Under the pieces are notes generated by a model, which saw nothing but the letters and a program-made list of their open reading frames with translations, was not told the DNA's origin and searched no databases. The position numbers and the translations under genes were made by a program. From Felis catus (Eukaryota), in contig NC_058382.1 in assembly GCF_018350175.1 (NCBI RefSeq), positions 59,522,001 to 59,586,000 of the forward strand: a stretch of DNA of 64,000 bases, read 5' to 3'. This document shows positions 13,310 to 25,756 of this stretch, in pieces (position 1 is the first letter of the stretch; each line of letters starts with the position of its first letter).

Positions 13310-14130
13310 TGTATTAGTTACCTAGTGCTGCGTAACAAACTCCCTAAAACTTAGCAGTTTAAAACACCAAGTGTTGGAGCCCCTAGGTGGTTCAGTCGCT
13401 TAAGCATCCAACTCTGTTTCAGCTCAGGTCATGATCTCCCAGTTCAGGAGTTCGAGCCCCACATCAGGCTCTGTGCTGCCAACAGGAAGTCTGCATGGGA
13501 TCTTCTCCCTCCCTCCCTCTCTGCCCCTCCCCCGCTTGTGTGTGCTCTCTCCCTTTCTCTAAAATAAATAAAACAGGGGCACCTGGGTGGCTCAGTCGGT
13601 TAAGCGTCTGACTTCGGCTCTGGTCACGATTTCGCCATTTGTGAATTTGAGCCCTGCATCGGGCTCTGTGCTGACAGCTCAGAGCCTGGAGCCTGCTTCC
13701 GATTCCGTGTCTCCCTCTCTCTCTGCCCCTCCCCTGCTCATGCTCTGTCTCTCCCTCTCTCTCAAAAATAAATAAACATTAAAAAGAAATTTAAAAAAAT
13801 AAATAATAAATAAATAAAATAAAATAAAACATTAAAAAAAAAACAAAAACAAAACAACAAGTGTCTATTATCTCACAGTTTCTGAGAGTCAGGAGTCCAG
13901 GGACAGCTCACCTGAGACAAAGTGAAGGAGGAGGGAGAGAGGGAGGGAGAGGCACCCAGATAGAAGCCACAGTATCTTTTATGACCTAATCTTGGAAGTG
14001 ACACAGCAAAGTCCAATAGTCACACACACCAAGCCTAGTGCAATGAGGGAGAGGACCACACAAAGGTGTGAATTCCACGAGGTAGGACCACCAGGCGCCA
14101 CGAAGGCTGGCTGCCATGACCCACGGAGGT
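13310..14130. mobile_element. MLT1-like (MaLR) LTR split by two SINEs
   Basis: tgtattagtt...tgcgtaacaaac...aaaacttagcagtttaaaaca continues after the SINEs as tattatctcacagtttctg. Confidence 0.65.
13376..13860 (+). mobile_element. Two tandem CanSINEs (13376-13574 older; 13576-~13860 SINEC_Fc2-like)
   Basis: Two tRNA-derived heads, CT-rich bodies and AATAAA tails. Outer TSD aaaacaccaagtgt / aaaacaacaagtgt. Confidence 0.92.
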
Positions 14131-15061
14131 CTGCTCCCAAGGACACCGTCTGGAAGTACAGGCGGGGGCACCTACATATTCCTGTGATGCACTACCACGT
14201 GTCTGCCATCAATCAGGATGGACAGCAGGGGCCAGCAGTCCCGGGAAGGTACTGCTGGTGATGGTGAGTGTTCCCGCTGGCCGGGTAATCATCTCGGCGC
14301 ATTCACAGATGCAGGCCCTGTGTGCATTTCAGAAATTCGACCAAGAATCAAAGCGGCCCCACGTTCGTTTCAGGTGGTCTTCGATTTTACTTATGAAGGG
14401 AGAATCTGAGATTGCACAAACAAAGGTCTGTGCTGGACTGGGCTTTACTCAGCTCCCGTCTCACCTGGGATGACAGAAACAAGAGAGGAGCCCAAGAACC
14501 CCAAGCACACTCTGTTAGGATGATTTGAGGAGACAGGTAAGGAAAGGACCTATTTTAGTAGGAAAATAAACGAAGTGATAATCGTTTTGTTGTTAATCTT
14601 TTCACTGTTTCCGGAAGCAGAAAATCACAGCATCTGGCTTCCTGCCAGGCCAGCCCATGGAACCTGGCCCTCAGGGACCCCCATGGATCTAAAAGAAGTC
14701 ACAGTCACTCAGGCAGCAAGGGGCAGTTCCAGGGTCCAGCCTAGCTCCTGCACACTTCACATGTGCATTCTGAGAGGCAAAAGAGCCACAGCGCTCAACC
14801 TCAGTTTCCTCCTCTGCAAAATGGGAGGTATCAGTGCCTATTTCGGAGTATCCTATTATTGATGATGATGGCTGTGGCTACATGTATTGAACACTTGCTC
14901 GATGTAGGCCAGGCATAGGGCTAAGTGTGTCACCAACATAGTCTCATTTGGCAGATGAAGAAACAGAAACTCAGAAAAGTGAAGTCACTGGCCTCACCCA
15001 GCTGCCTAGATACACACGTTGACCCAGAAGCAGGTTAAATAGAACAGTCCTAGTCCTGTAA

Positions 15062-15375
15062 TGGCTGGGTAGGTGGATGGTTAGAAGAAAGGATGGATGG
15101 ATGGATGGATGGATGGATGGATGGATGGATGGATGGATGGATGGATGGACGGACCAACAGATGGATAAATGGATAGATAGATGGAAGGATGAACAGATGA
15201 GTGGGTGGGTAGGTAGATAGGTAGATGGGTAGGTGAGAAGATGAGTGTGTGAATGGATAAATAGATGGATGGATAGACAAATGGATAGATAAATGGACAG
15301 ATGGATGGAAGGAAGAATGGATGAGCTGGTGGATAGGTGAATGGAGGAATGGAGAGGTGGGTGGGTGGCTAGATT
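15062..15375 (+). repeat. (GGAT)n microsatellite with degenerate flanks
   Basis: Pure GGAT run ~15091-15148, then GGAT/AGAT/GGGT variants. Confidence 0.95.
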
Positions 15376-16721
15376 GATGAACAGATTAGCAAATGGGGGA
15401 ACAGGACCACTGTTCTGTTGTGAAGAGTCCCAACTCCTTCCTTTAGGAGAAGCATTGGAAATTTCCATGTGTTTGCTTTCTACAGTCTCTGACAAATGTT
15501 TCACAGGAGAACAAGGTTTGGCTGCAAAATACCTCTTCTTTTCCTGAGGAAAAACCAGCACCTCTTTTTTCTTTCTTGCAAGTGACGCAAAAACATTTCA
15601 CATGGCCCCAAACATATCTAGCACCTCAGGGTCAGGAGCTGGGGACTTCAGCAGACACATACATCATTAAAGTTCCCCTGAAATGAACGTTACCACTGTT
15701 TTGCTCCCATGAATAAAGCATTAAACAAATACTGAGACTGAGACACCTCATTACCCAGGCTTGTTCAGGAACTCAGGAAGACCACAGCTATGTTTGAGGC
15801 CAATTAAGAGGCCTCACAGTGGGTGTTGGAACCACATGAGGGGCTGGCACGTCCCCTAGCACATAGTAGGCACCTCATAAAACGTGTAGAGCACGTTAAC
15901 AGGATGCCCCTGTCCCAGAGATTAGCCACCTCCACCAGCGTGCTCTTAGATCCCATCCATCAGATTACCTACGACCACAACACTCAGAGCTCAGGACAAC
16001 TGTGGCACACAGAGCAAATGACCCACCAATGGTAAATACCAACAATGCAGTTGTTTTCATTTCTTTGTGTGTGTGTGTGTTTGTGGCAAAATACACAAAC
16101 ATAAATCTTACCACCTTAACCATTTTTAAGTTTACCCTTCAGAGGCATTACATACACACCTAATGTGCCACTGAGCACCACCATCATCTCCAGAACATTT
16201 TCCTCTCCTCCAATTGAAACTATTAAGGGTCCCTTGGGATTCCATGTGAATTTTAGGATGGGTTTTCCATTCCTGCAAAAGACTCCACAGGGATTTTGAT
16301 AGGAATCGTGTTGAATCTGTAGATCACTTTGGGTAGTACTGACATCTTAAGAATATTGTTTTTCAGTCCATGAACATGGGATGTCTTTCTGTTAACTTGT
16401 ATCTTCTTTAATTTCTTTCAGCAATGATAGTTTTCAGCATACAAATTTTTCCCCTCCTTGGTTATGTTTATTTCTAAGTAGTTTATATTTTGAATGGAAT
16501 TATATTATTGACTTCCTTTTTGGATTGTTCCTTGTTAGTGTACAGAAATGTACCTGATTTTGGGGTGTTGATTTTGCATCCTGCTACTTTGCTCAATTCA
16601 TTTTTCAGTTTTAACAGCTTTTGTGAAATCTTTAGGACATCCTACAGATAAGATCATATTATCTGTGAACACAGGTAAATTTACCAGGCTTCTTATTAAT
16701 ACACTGAGTAGAAGTGGTGAA

Positions 16722-16945
16722 GGGGCGCCTGGGTGGCTCAGTTGGTTAAGCGCCCGACTTCGGCTCAGGTCATGATCTCACGGTTTGTGAGTTCGAGCCC
16801 CGAGTCAGGCTCTGTACTGACAGCTCAGAGCCTGGAGCCTGCTTCAGATTCTGTGTCTCCCTCTCTCTCTGCCCCTCCCCCCACTCATGCTCTGTCTCTC
16901 TCTCTCTGTCAAAAATAAACATTACCAAAAAAAAATTTTTAAAAA
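16722..16945 (+). mobile_element. CanSINE (SINEC_Fc2-like)
   Basis: ggggcgcctgggtggctcagttggttaag head, CT body, A tail. Confidence 0.93.
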
Positions 16946-17078
16946 GTGAAAGCAGGCATCCTTGCCAAAGGAAAAGCTTTCATTCTCTCCCCAGTAACTA
17001 TGATGTTGACTGTGAGTTTTTTATTCATGATTCTACTATGTTGAGATAGTTTCCTTGTACTCCTAGTCTGCTGAGTGG

Positions 17079-17284
17079 TTTTTTGTTTTTTTTTGTTTTT
17101 TTTTTTTTTAGAGAGAGAGAGTGAGTGAGTGGGGGAGGGGCAGAGAAGGAGACAGAAGATCCCAAGCAGGCTCCACACCCAGCACGGAGCCCAATGCAGG
17201 CAGGGCTCGAACCCACGTGAGATCATAACCTGAGCTGAAATCAAAAGTTGGACGCTCAACCAACTGAGCCACTCAGGTAACCCT
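17079..17284 (-). mobile_element. CanSINE
   Basis: Poly-T, (GA)n and reversed head. TSD tgctgagtg. Confidence 0.88.
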
Positions 17285-17329
17285 GCTGAGTGTTTTTATC
17301 ATCACGGTTATTCGTTTTTATTTAACAAA

Positions 17330-17530
17330 CACCCCCTTAGCATCACCTGCCAGGCACTGTTGAAACTGCTTTATAATTGTTAACTCATTTAATCTCCAAA
17401 ACAACCATAATTTTTTTTTACTATTTTTACCTCCATTTTACAGATGAGGAAACTGAGGCACAGACTGAATGCACAGGAAGCTGTGGAACCAGATTTCAAA
17501 CCAGATCATCCAGCTCAGAGTCCATGTTTA
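17330..17530. mobile_element. MIR (representative; similar cores near 5540, 9545, 10020, 12730, 14800, 22500, 38010)
   Basis: MIR core ccattttacagatgaggaaactgaggca. Confidence 0.8.
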
Positions 17531-18985
17531 AAATAACCAGAAGGCAGACCACAAGCCAGCAGGTTGAAGAGGAACAAGTGGGGGAGACGGGGGGGAGGGG
17601 GCACACTGATTACTGAGTGCTCTCTGCCTGCCAGGCCCTTGCAAAGTAATAACATCATGCCCATTTCTCTGATGTGGACAGCAAGGCTCAAGGAGGTGAC
17701 GTAACCAACCCAAGGCACGCAACCAGCGGGTCTAGGTGACACCAGACCTACTTCTATTGCTACGGCACACGTTCGGTCACAGAGGAACGCCAAAGCATCA
17801 TGGTCTTCAAGTCCAGGACACTGACTCTTCCTACATGGCATGTGGCCCGTAATTCTGTGATCTAGAACTCCCGGTCGCCAGGACAGCCTGGAGCGTGTGT
17901 GTGCTTGTCAGCGTCAGGTTCCCAGGGGCCTCCTCTCCTGCTCTCCCACCTCTGGCCCATCCATCAGCTAATCTTGTCATCGTCATCCTTGAGACACAGA
18001 CTTCCCCAGGTCCAGGCTCATTGCTGGGTGGCAGGGGGCCCTCCGCCCTCCACGGCCAATTCTCAGCACAGCCACCAGAGGGAGCATGTTAGAATCCCAG
18101 CCTGATCGGCGACTCCGTGCAGGGGCTTCCAAGGGCTTCCCCAACTCAGAAAAAAAGCTGAAGATTTTCCTGTGGTGCCGGCCTGGAGCTGACCTCCCGG
18201 CCCCCACTCCTGGAGGCGGACCGCTTCTCCCTCCACTCCAGCCACACCGGGCTCCTGCTTTCTGCGCACTCACCACGTGTCCACCTTCAGGGCCTTTGCA
18301 CTGCCGCCCTCTGCCCAGCACTCTCTCCCTCTGCAGGGTCTTCCCCATCGCCACCATCCCTCTACTCTGCTTCGCCTTCCTAGCCCTGCAACCACCCAAC
18401 CCAGAATTTATTTGTCCGTGTCCATGACCTCAGCTCCCACCATATTGTGCCCCCTAATAGAAACAGACTCTTACAGCACATTGGAGTCCAAGGACATTCC
18501 AGTTAAAGATCCATCGCTCTTCTGTTTTGTTTTTTAATATGCTGACTGCCACTGTCAGCTGTCCTTAGCTGGAACCACGTGAGATAGTGGAAGGGACACC
18601 TGGGGTTGTGGACCGACTATCCACAGGAGGAACAGCGCCCAGCGCAGGTGCGGGCAAGAAACAAACTCAAACACTGCTGTCGGCTCACACCCACACGGCA
18701 CTCCCGGAAACAGCATGTGCTGCGTGCAGTGCAGGGTGGAGAACGCATCCCCCGCCGAATACCACACATGACTCACAAACACGACCAACACTCCTACAAA
18801 CCTGTGTGCGTGGCTCCATTCAGACACAAGCACACAGAACAGTCGCAAAGGTATCTAACGGTGGAATCCTCCAAGAGTAGCAACCATGCTAAGTGTTCCA
18901 TGGAACCCATTTTGGTACAAACTGCTATCTGGAAAATTCTAGCAAGAGAGAAGCAACACATAGGCAAAGAAGCGTCAGCATACCC

Positions 18986-19340
18986 AGGGTGCCTGGTTGG
19001 CTCAGTGGAGCGTGCGACTCTTGATCTCAAAGTTGTGAGTTTGAGCCCCAGGTTGGATGGAGAGTTTACTTAACAAAAAATTTTTAAAGGGGTGCCTGGG
19101 TGGCTCAATCTGGTAAGCGTCTGACTACTGGTTTCGGCTCAGGTCATGATCTCATGGTTCATGAGTTCAAGCCCCACAACTGAGCTCTGTGCTGACAGTG
19201 TGGAGCCTGCTCGGGATTCTCTCTCTCCCTCTCTCTCTGCCTCTCCCTTGCTCATGCTCTGTGTCTCTCTCAAAATAAATAAACTTAAACAGAAAGCTAA
19301 AAAATTAATCAAAAAAATAAGTTGTCAAAAAAGAAAAGAA
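18986..19340 (+). mobile_element. Short CanSINE (18986-19085) followed by a full CanSINE (19088-19340)
   Basis: Two gggtgcctgg..ggctca heads and an A-rich tail. Confidence 0.88.
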
Positions 19341-19921
19341 ACAGCATCCTGGGACAGATCCTGGTTCTGTATACAGCCCCAATGTGGCCACGCATGGCCC
19401 TGTGCAGCCACAAGAGACCCTCTCTGGGTATCAGTTCCCTTTTCTGCAACAATAGGATAACAAGAATTAGCATTCAAGAAGTAAATGTGAGAATTTTAAG
19501 AATTAAACAGGGTCCTGGGGACACAAGGACATAATTTTATAATTTCTAAATCCACATATTGTAAAACGTTCCCCCAGAGAAATAATGGATCTAGTCCCTG
19601 GTTGTCAAGAGATGCTAAGGCCACTAGGTGGGGCTCTGCCCAATCAGGCCGGCCCCTCTGGGCTTCCTGGTCAGTCACAGCAAATGAAGAGTGAGACCAC
19701 CAGGACCAGGAGCCTCCTGGTAAGACGCCACAGGGAGCTCGCAGCCCTGCCTAGGAAGCAGTCTTGCCCAAAACACTGTGCCCCAATCTGTCAAGACTCT
19801 AGGTCAGGAAACACAGAACAAAGAAGTTCAATGAGGCACTGTGTTTATATTTTTTAAAAATCTTCATCTTTTTACACATTTTCAGACTCGTATACCTGTT
19901 TTTATATGCAAAATGGTTTCC

Positions 19922-20870
19922 AGAAGGAAGAAAGGAAGGAGGGAGGGAGATAGGGTAGGAAAGAGGAGGGTGGGCAGGAGGATGGGAGGGAGGAGGGAGG
20001 AAGGGGGAGGGAAGGAGTAGAGAGGAGGGAGGAAGGAGGAGGGAGGAGAGAGGAGGGAGGGAGGAGGAGGGAGGAGAGAGGAGGGAGGGAGGAGGAGGGA
20101 GGAGAGAGGAGGGAGGGAGGAGGAGGGAGGAGGGAGGGAGGAGGAGGGAGGAGGGAGGGAGGAGGAGGGAGGAGGGAGGGAGGAGGAGGGAGGAGGGAGG
20201 GAGAAGGAGGGAGGAGGGAGGGAGAAGGAGGGAGGAGGGAGGGAGGAGGGAGGAGGGAGGGAGAAGGAGGGAGGAGGGAGGAGGGAGGGAGGGAGGAGGA
20301 GGAGGGAGGGAGGGAGGAGGAGGGAGGGAGGAGGAGGGAGGGAGGAGGGAGGAGGAGGGAGGGAGGAGGAGGGAGGGAGGAGGAGGGAGGAGGAAAGAGA
20401 TAGGAGGGGAGAAGAGAGGAGGGAGGAGAAGGGAGGAGGAGGGAGGGAGGAGGAGGGAGGAGGGAGGGAGGATGAGGGAGGGAGGAGAAGGGAGGGAGGA
20501 GGGAGGGAGGAGGGAGGGAGGAGGAGGAAGGGAGGAGGAGGGAGGAGGGAGGGAGGAGGAGGGAGGGAGGAGGAGGGAGGGAGGAGGAGGGAGGGAGGAG
20601 GAGGGAGGGAGGAGGGAGGAGGAGGGAGGGAGGAGGAGGGAGGAGGGAGGAGGAGGGAGGAGGGAGGAGGAGGGAGGAGGGAGGAGGAGGGAGGAGGAGG
20701 GAGGGAGGAGGAGGGAGGAGGGAGGAGGGAGGAGGGAGGAGGAGGGAGGAGGGAGGAGGGAGGAGGAAAGAGATAGGAGGGGAGAAGAGAGGAGGGAGGG
20801 AGAAGAGAAGAGGGAGGAGGGAGGAGAGAAGAGGGAGGAGGGAGGAGAGAGGAGGAAGGGAGGAGTGGGA
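19922..20870 (+). repeat. ~950 bp polypurine (GGA/GGGA)n low-complexity tract
   Basis: Almost exclusively G/A on the plus strand. Confidence 0.97.
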
Positions 20871-23800
20871 GCCTGCGTCACTAGGACCAGGACAGAGAGG
20901 AGGGTCACGAGAGGGCGCAGGAAGAGGCTGAACCGGTGGAGCACACACAAGTGAGAGAGTAGGATTTGCACCCCAGAGGCAACCCGCCCAACCTGCCAAG
21001 TCACCCTCGGTCCCCCACAAAGCCCATGATGCTGGTGAGTGAGGGGCAAACCCCGGCATCGCAGAAGAGGCTGTGGCTCCCGGCCCACCCCATGCTCTCC
21101 AACTGAGAACAGGGAGCGGGTGTGCCACCATTCCTGGAAGTCCCCCCCTCAAATGTGGGATGTCAAACCTTCCACTGCTCCTGGATCAACCCTGAGGTTT
21201 GCAGTTTTCTCACACATGGCTGCTCTGGAAACGGCAAGAGCGAATGCAGGCAGGTCCCATCGCTCCTGAGGCTCCCAGCCCCGACCCACCAGCGGGTCAC
21301 CCAGCAGAGACACAGCGGACCCCAGAATCAACAAGTCCTTATGAAACACCTACTGTGCGCCAAGCGCGGAGAGAGCTGCCGAGGCAGCAGAGGAAAGCCC
21401 CGCACCCACGCCCCTCACTGACTGCAGAGCTCTCTCCTCAGGGACCCACATGGCTTCCGTGTGGCCACAGTGCCCAGGCCACAAGACTGACCCCCGTGAT
21501 ACAAAGCCCAGTGGGCATTCCTGCAGCGGGAAGGGATGGAGAGGACACAGTGAGCACCCCTACAGCGAAGTGACTTGGAGCCGCCTGGAGGCGGGCAGTT
21601 TATTGAGAGGGAGGTGACCTGGATGGAAGGCAAGAGAGCCAAGTTCAAGTCTCGCATCTGCCACCGGCTTGCCATGTGGCTTTGGACACGGCACTGCCCT
21701 CTCTGGCCTCGGCATCCCCATCGACGAAGGAAGTGGTTGGGCTAGGTGTCCCCAGAGGCCCTGCCAGCACCCAGGGCTCAGCACATGGGAACAGAGAGCT
21801 CTCTGAGGGTGGGGCCAGGCCAGGACCATGGCCTCCACCAGCCACAGTGGCCTGGCCGAGCCCCTGGGGATCTCACCTTCTCCCAGGTGAGAGGCAATAC
21901 ACGGCCATCCCAGGGAGGCTCACAGGCCCCAGAAAGCCAGACAGGAGTCTGGAGCAGGTGCAAGGTGGGGTTGTGTCCGGAGGTGGGACACGAGGCCCCC
22001 ACAAGACCCTTCCCCAGTCCCTCCGATGCAAGCTGGCCTCCCAAGGCCACACAAGCACCCAGCTTCTGGGCACTGGGCCTATCAACGGGTCATTTCCAGA
22101 CAAGAGTGTGATGTGTCCTGGCACACAGCTGGAGCTCTGTAATTCATGCACCCACTCCCTCATTCGTTCAACACAACGGCTCCTGACTACCACGTCATGT
22201 GCCAAGCTCTGTGTTCAGTGCCAGGCATACAAAATACTGACTTGATAAACTTGGCCCAGTAGGTAGAAAGGGACGATCCCGCAAGCAGTATCAGTCCCCA
22301 GACACACAACGCCCAGCAAGGGCTGTGCGACTGGAGGTCCCTCACCGCTGCCCGGCAGCAGCCCAGCACAGTGCTATCAGACGCCCAGGGTGTGCAAAGC
22401 TGGTGTACCATCGGCAGCAAAGTTCACTCAGAGGGACCTCCTGGAATTGGGACCACATTAAGAGAACCGGGGTCAGAAGACGTTTTGCATCCCAGCTCTG
22501 CCACTTAGAGCTGTGTGACCCTACACAAGTTACTCTCCCTCTCTGAGCTTGAAGCTTCTCATGTGAAACACATTTAAGGGCAATACCTCCCTCCTAGGTT
22601 GTACATCTGATACAAATGGGTGGCAGTGCAGCTCAGTTACTGAATCCTGGCTCTGCCTCTCACCAGCTGTGTGACCAACAAGAATTAGCCTCTCTGAGGC
22701 TCAGCTTCCCCATCTGCAAGACAGGCCTGAGGCCATGACAAGTCCTCCCCAGAGTCCACACTCTTGTCCCCCTAGTGCCAGAGCCAGTGTAAAGCAGGGG
22801 GCATCACTGCCCAGAAAGAGGTCTGCACCCCCGCCTCCCTCATCGGAGGTGCAGCCACAGATGTGGGTCTGGCTTGGACCGTAAGAACCTTCCGGAAGAC
22901 TTACATAAGTTAATACGCTATTCAATACTTCAAGACAGCTGTAGTCAGCAGGTGGCTACTGAATAAGTAATGGATGACAAAGGGCCTACTTGCTGAGTTC
23001 TTTGGGGAAAAAAACAACCCTCCCCCAGAACCACTCGCCACTTGAAGGAGCCCCAATCAGAGTGTGGCTGCTGGTCCTCCAATCAGTGTTTTCTGAAGCC
23101 CGGACACTGTCCGACTGTCCAGCCACGGCACTCGTTTTGTGGATTCTGCAGCTGAAGAGACGACCCAGACGGCTCCCCTAAGGCTACCGTTTCCTGGCTG
23201 GGGCATCGTCACCCTCCGGGGGTGAGCCGACAACTGGGAAGCCAGCCATCCCACACCCGACACAAGAGCATGGCGGCAGGCTCTGCTCCGTCCAGGGCTG
23301 GGAGAGACCCGTCAAACACAGGAAGCTCTGCCAGCAGGAATATGCTGACCATTGTTCTGGAAGCCAGAAGAAATGGGTTCACAGCAAAGAAACAGTTCTC
23401 AGTTGGCTGTAAAGGACCTTTCCTGGAAAGGGAATTTAGGGAATTTCCCTCGGGTTGAAAGAGATTCTGTTGCAGGATCCTTTCTAGTCTCAGAAGTCCT
23501 GCAGGGGGGGCGGGGGGGGGCTCATCTGCATTCCACAAAGCCGGACGTTTTCCCAGGAATTGTTTTCCTCTCTGCTTGCTGCATCCTGTTTTTCTCCATT
23601 TCAGTGTCCCCACTACAGGAAGCCTCCTAAGACCTTGTCATAGGCTTGCCCCATTGTCCCCTGTGCTCCCCTCACTCTGTGCATGTCCCCAGTCCTGGAA
23701 AGCTCGCTGCTCTGCCCCCCAGCCTCCGCATCACCCGCCACCACCCTGGGACTGAGGCCTGGGACAGGGGAAGGGGCGCAGACCACAGCCTCAGGAGGGG

Positions 23801-24344
23801 TGGAGGGATGTCACCCGTGATAAGCGTTGAGGAGCTCTTCAGTTTCATTTGAGTTGGACGTGGCTGCTTTCATGCACAGCAGTGGCGTGGGGTCCTTGGT
23901 CCCTGAGTGGGCACCACACAGGCTTCCTCCCAGAAAACCAGAGACGCCATCCCCGTTGAGAACAGCCGGCAGGCCACGAGGTCCCTGGGAGCTGGCCTAG
24001 CTCTGTGTGGCATGAGCAGGGAGGCAGATCACCTCTCTGTCGAGCCCAGGGCTCCACAGCTGTACCAGGGGTGAGTGCTCACTCCACCTGGCAGGCCGTC
24101 ATGAGCCATTAGCATCGCTGGGACCTACTGAGCACTTGACATGGAAATAGGGCTCTGGGAGCCTGCTGCCTTTTCCCTCACAGCAGTAATGAGACTAGGA
24201 AGGTGAGAAGCAGACCAGCATATCTAAAGTAAATGTTGTAACCAGGCTCAGGGAACATTCTAGAAGGCCATGAAGGCTTAGGTCTGTGGCTCTGTCAGGT
24301 GGCCAGGGAGGACAGGTCAAAGGCAGCAGTCACAGGGCTACATC

Positions 24345-24760
24345 TTTGCTGTCCAACATGATGGCTGCTGGGCACAGATGACTATTAAAATTAAATTTAG
24401 GGGCGCCTGGGTGGCGCAGTCGGTTAAGCGTCCGACTTCAGCCAGGTCACGATCTCGGGGTCCGGGAGTTCGAGCCCCGCGTCAGGCTCTGGGCTGACGG
24501 CTCAGAGCCTGGAGCCTGTTTCCGATTCTGTGTCTCCCTCTCTCTCTGCCCCTCCCCTGTTCATGCTCTGTCTCTCTCTGTCCCAAAAATAAATAAACGT
24601 TGGAAAAAAAAAAAAAGTTAAATTTAAGTGAATTAAACTAAAATTCAGGTCATCAGTTACAGTGACCATATCTCAATCCTCAATAGCCACATGTGGCTTG
24701 TGGGCTGTTGTACTAAACAGTGCACATCTGGAACATGCTATCATTGCAGAAAGTTCTACT
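24345..24760. mobile_element. MER3-like hAT element carrying a young SINEC_Fc (24400-24616, +)
   Basis: gctgtccaa...ctcaatagccacatgtggct...gcagaaagttcta flanks. SINE head ggggcgcctgggtggcgcagtcggttaagcgtccgacttcagccagg, TSD ttaaattta. Confidence 0.8.
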
Positions 24761-25561
24761 GGGGGGGGGGGGCTGGGCTGCATGGTTACTGCTCAGTAAA
24801 TGGTATAAGAGAAATGAAAGAGGAGAGGACAGTGGGAGTGGGGTGGGAGGGGGTAGGGGAGGCTGGGGGGAGGGGGAAGGGTGGGGGAAGGAGGGAGGGG
24901 GCTCGAGAGAGGAGGAGGCATGAGCAGGGGGAAGGGGGTGGGGGGCAGGGGCAGGGGGAGGCAGAGGAAGCACTTTCTCTGGGCTCCCTGACTTGAGTCT
25001 GAGGAGCCATGGACCACGGGAGCGTCCTTCCTTAAACTCCCTGGAACAACAAACACTGTGCCTGGAAAAGCGAAGATTTCAGGGCCTCGCCCAGAGGAAG
25101 CAGCCGTAGGTCACACAGGTGGCCTGATACCGCTGGGCCCACCTCCTCTGACTGACCTCTGTGCTGACCTCCTTGGACTTCTCCAGCTTCGCAGAGAGGT
25201 TTCCAGAGGGGAGACTTCCAGATCACACCTTCTCGTGGCTGCTCCCGTGGGGCAGGCAGGTGCCGGGGCTCAGGTCAGTGATGACCACAGAGCCGGGCTG
25301 GTGTGCACCAGCCCTCCAAGGTGTCTGCATTCCCGACAAGTGCGCCTCACTCGTGGAGTGTGTCTGGGGGATGTCTGGGGTCAGATACTCTTCCACCTAG
25401 AACAAAACCACTGCCACCACCACAGGGGTCCAGGCATCCCCATCAGCATCTCTCCCGCTGCCTTGAGCAGGCCTCCAAGCCCACTCTCACCCTCCTTTCC
25501 ACTCAACTTGCTTCAGCCAAGCTGGCTTTTCCCAAACACAAGTCTGACACACTTGTGATTC

Positions 25562-25756
25562 TTTTTTTTTTTTAATGTTTATCATTATTATTTTTTAATG
25601 TTTGTTTATTTTTGAGAGAGAGAGAGAGAGAGCAGGGGAGCAGCAGAGAGAGGGGGAGACACAGAATCTGAAGCAGGCTCCAGGCTCTGAGTTGTCAGCA
25701 CAGAGACTGATGCAGGGCTCGAACCCATGAACCAACCGAGCCACCCAGGTGCTCCC
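25562..25756 (-). mobile_element. CanSINE with internal deletion
   Basis: Poly-T, (GA)n and shortened head. TSD acacttgtgat. Confidence 0.88.

Larger units (their letters stand above)
16050..17310 (-). mobile_element. Old L1 fragments (3' end and ORF2), interrupted by SINEs
   Basis: ttccatgtgaattttaggat, gttgaatctgtagatcactttggg and tgttgattttgcatcctgc are typical antisense L1. Confidence 0.8.

Noticed and set aside
13376..13660. tRNA-like A/B box sequences
   Set aside because: These are tRNA-derived CanSINE heads followed by CT bodies and A tails, not tRNA genes. The same applies to the other SINEs.
14971..15561. 196 aa ORF with (SIHP)n
   Set aside because: Translation of the (GGAT)n microsatellite.
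19799..21152. 429 aa and 416 aa Pro/Ser/Leu-rich ORFs
   Set aside because: Artefacts of the polypurine tract, which has almost no stop codons; no splice or promoter context.
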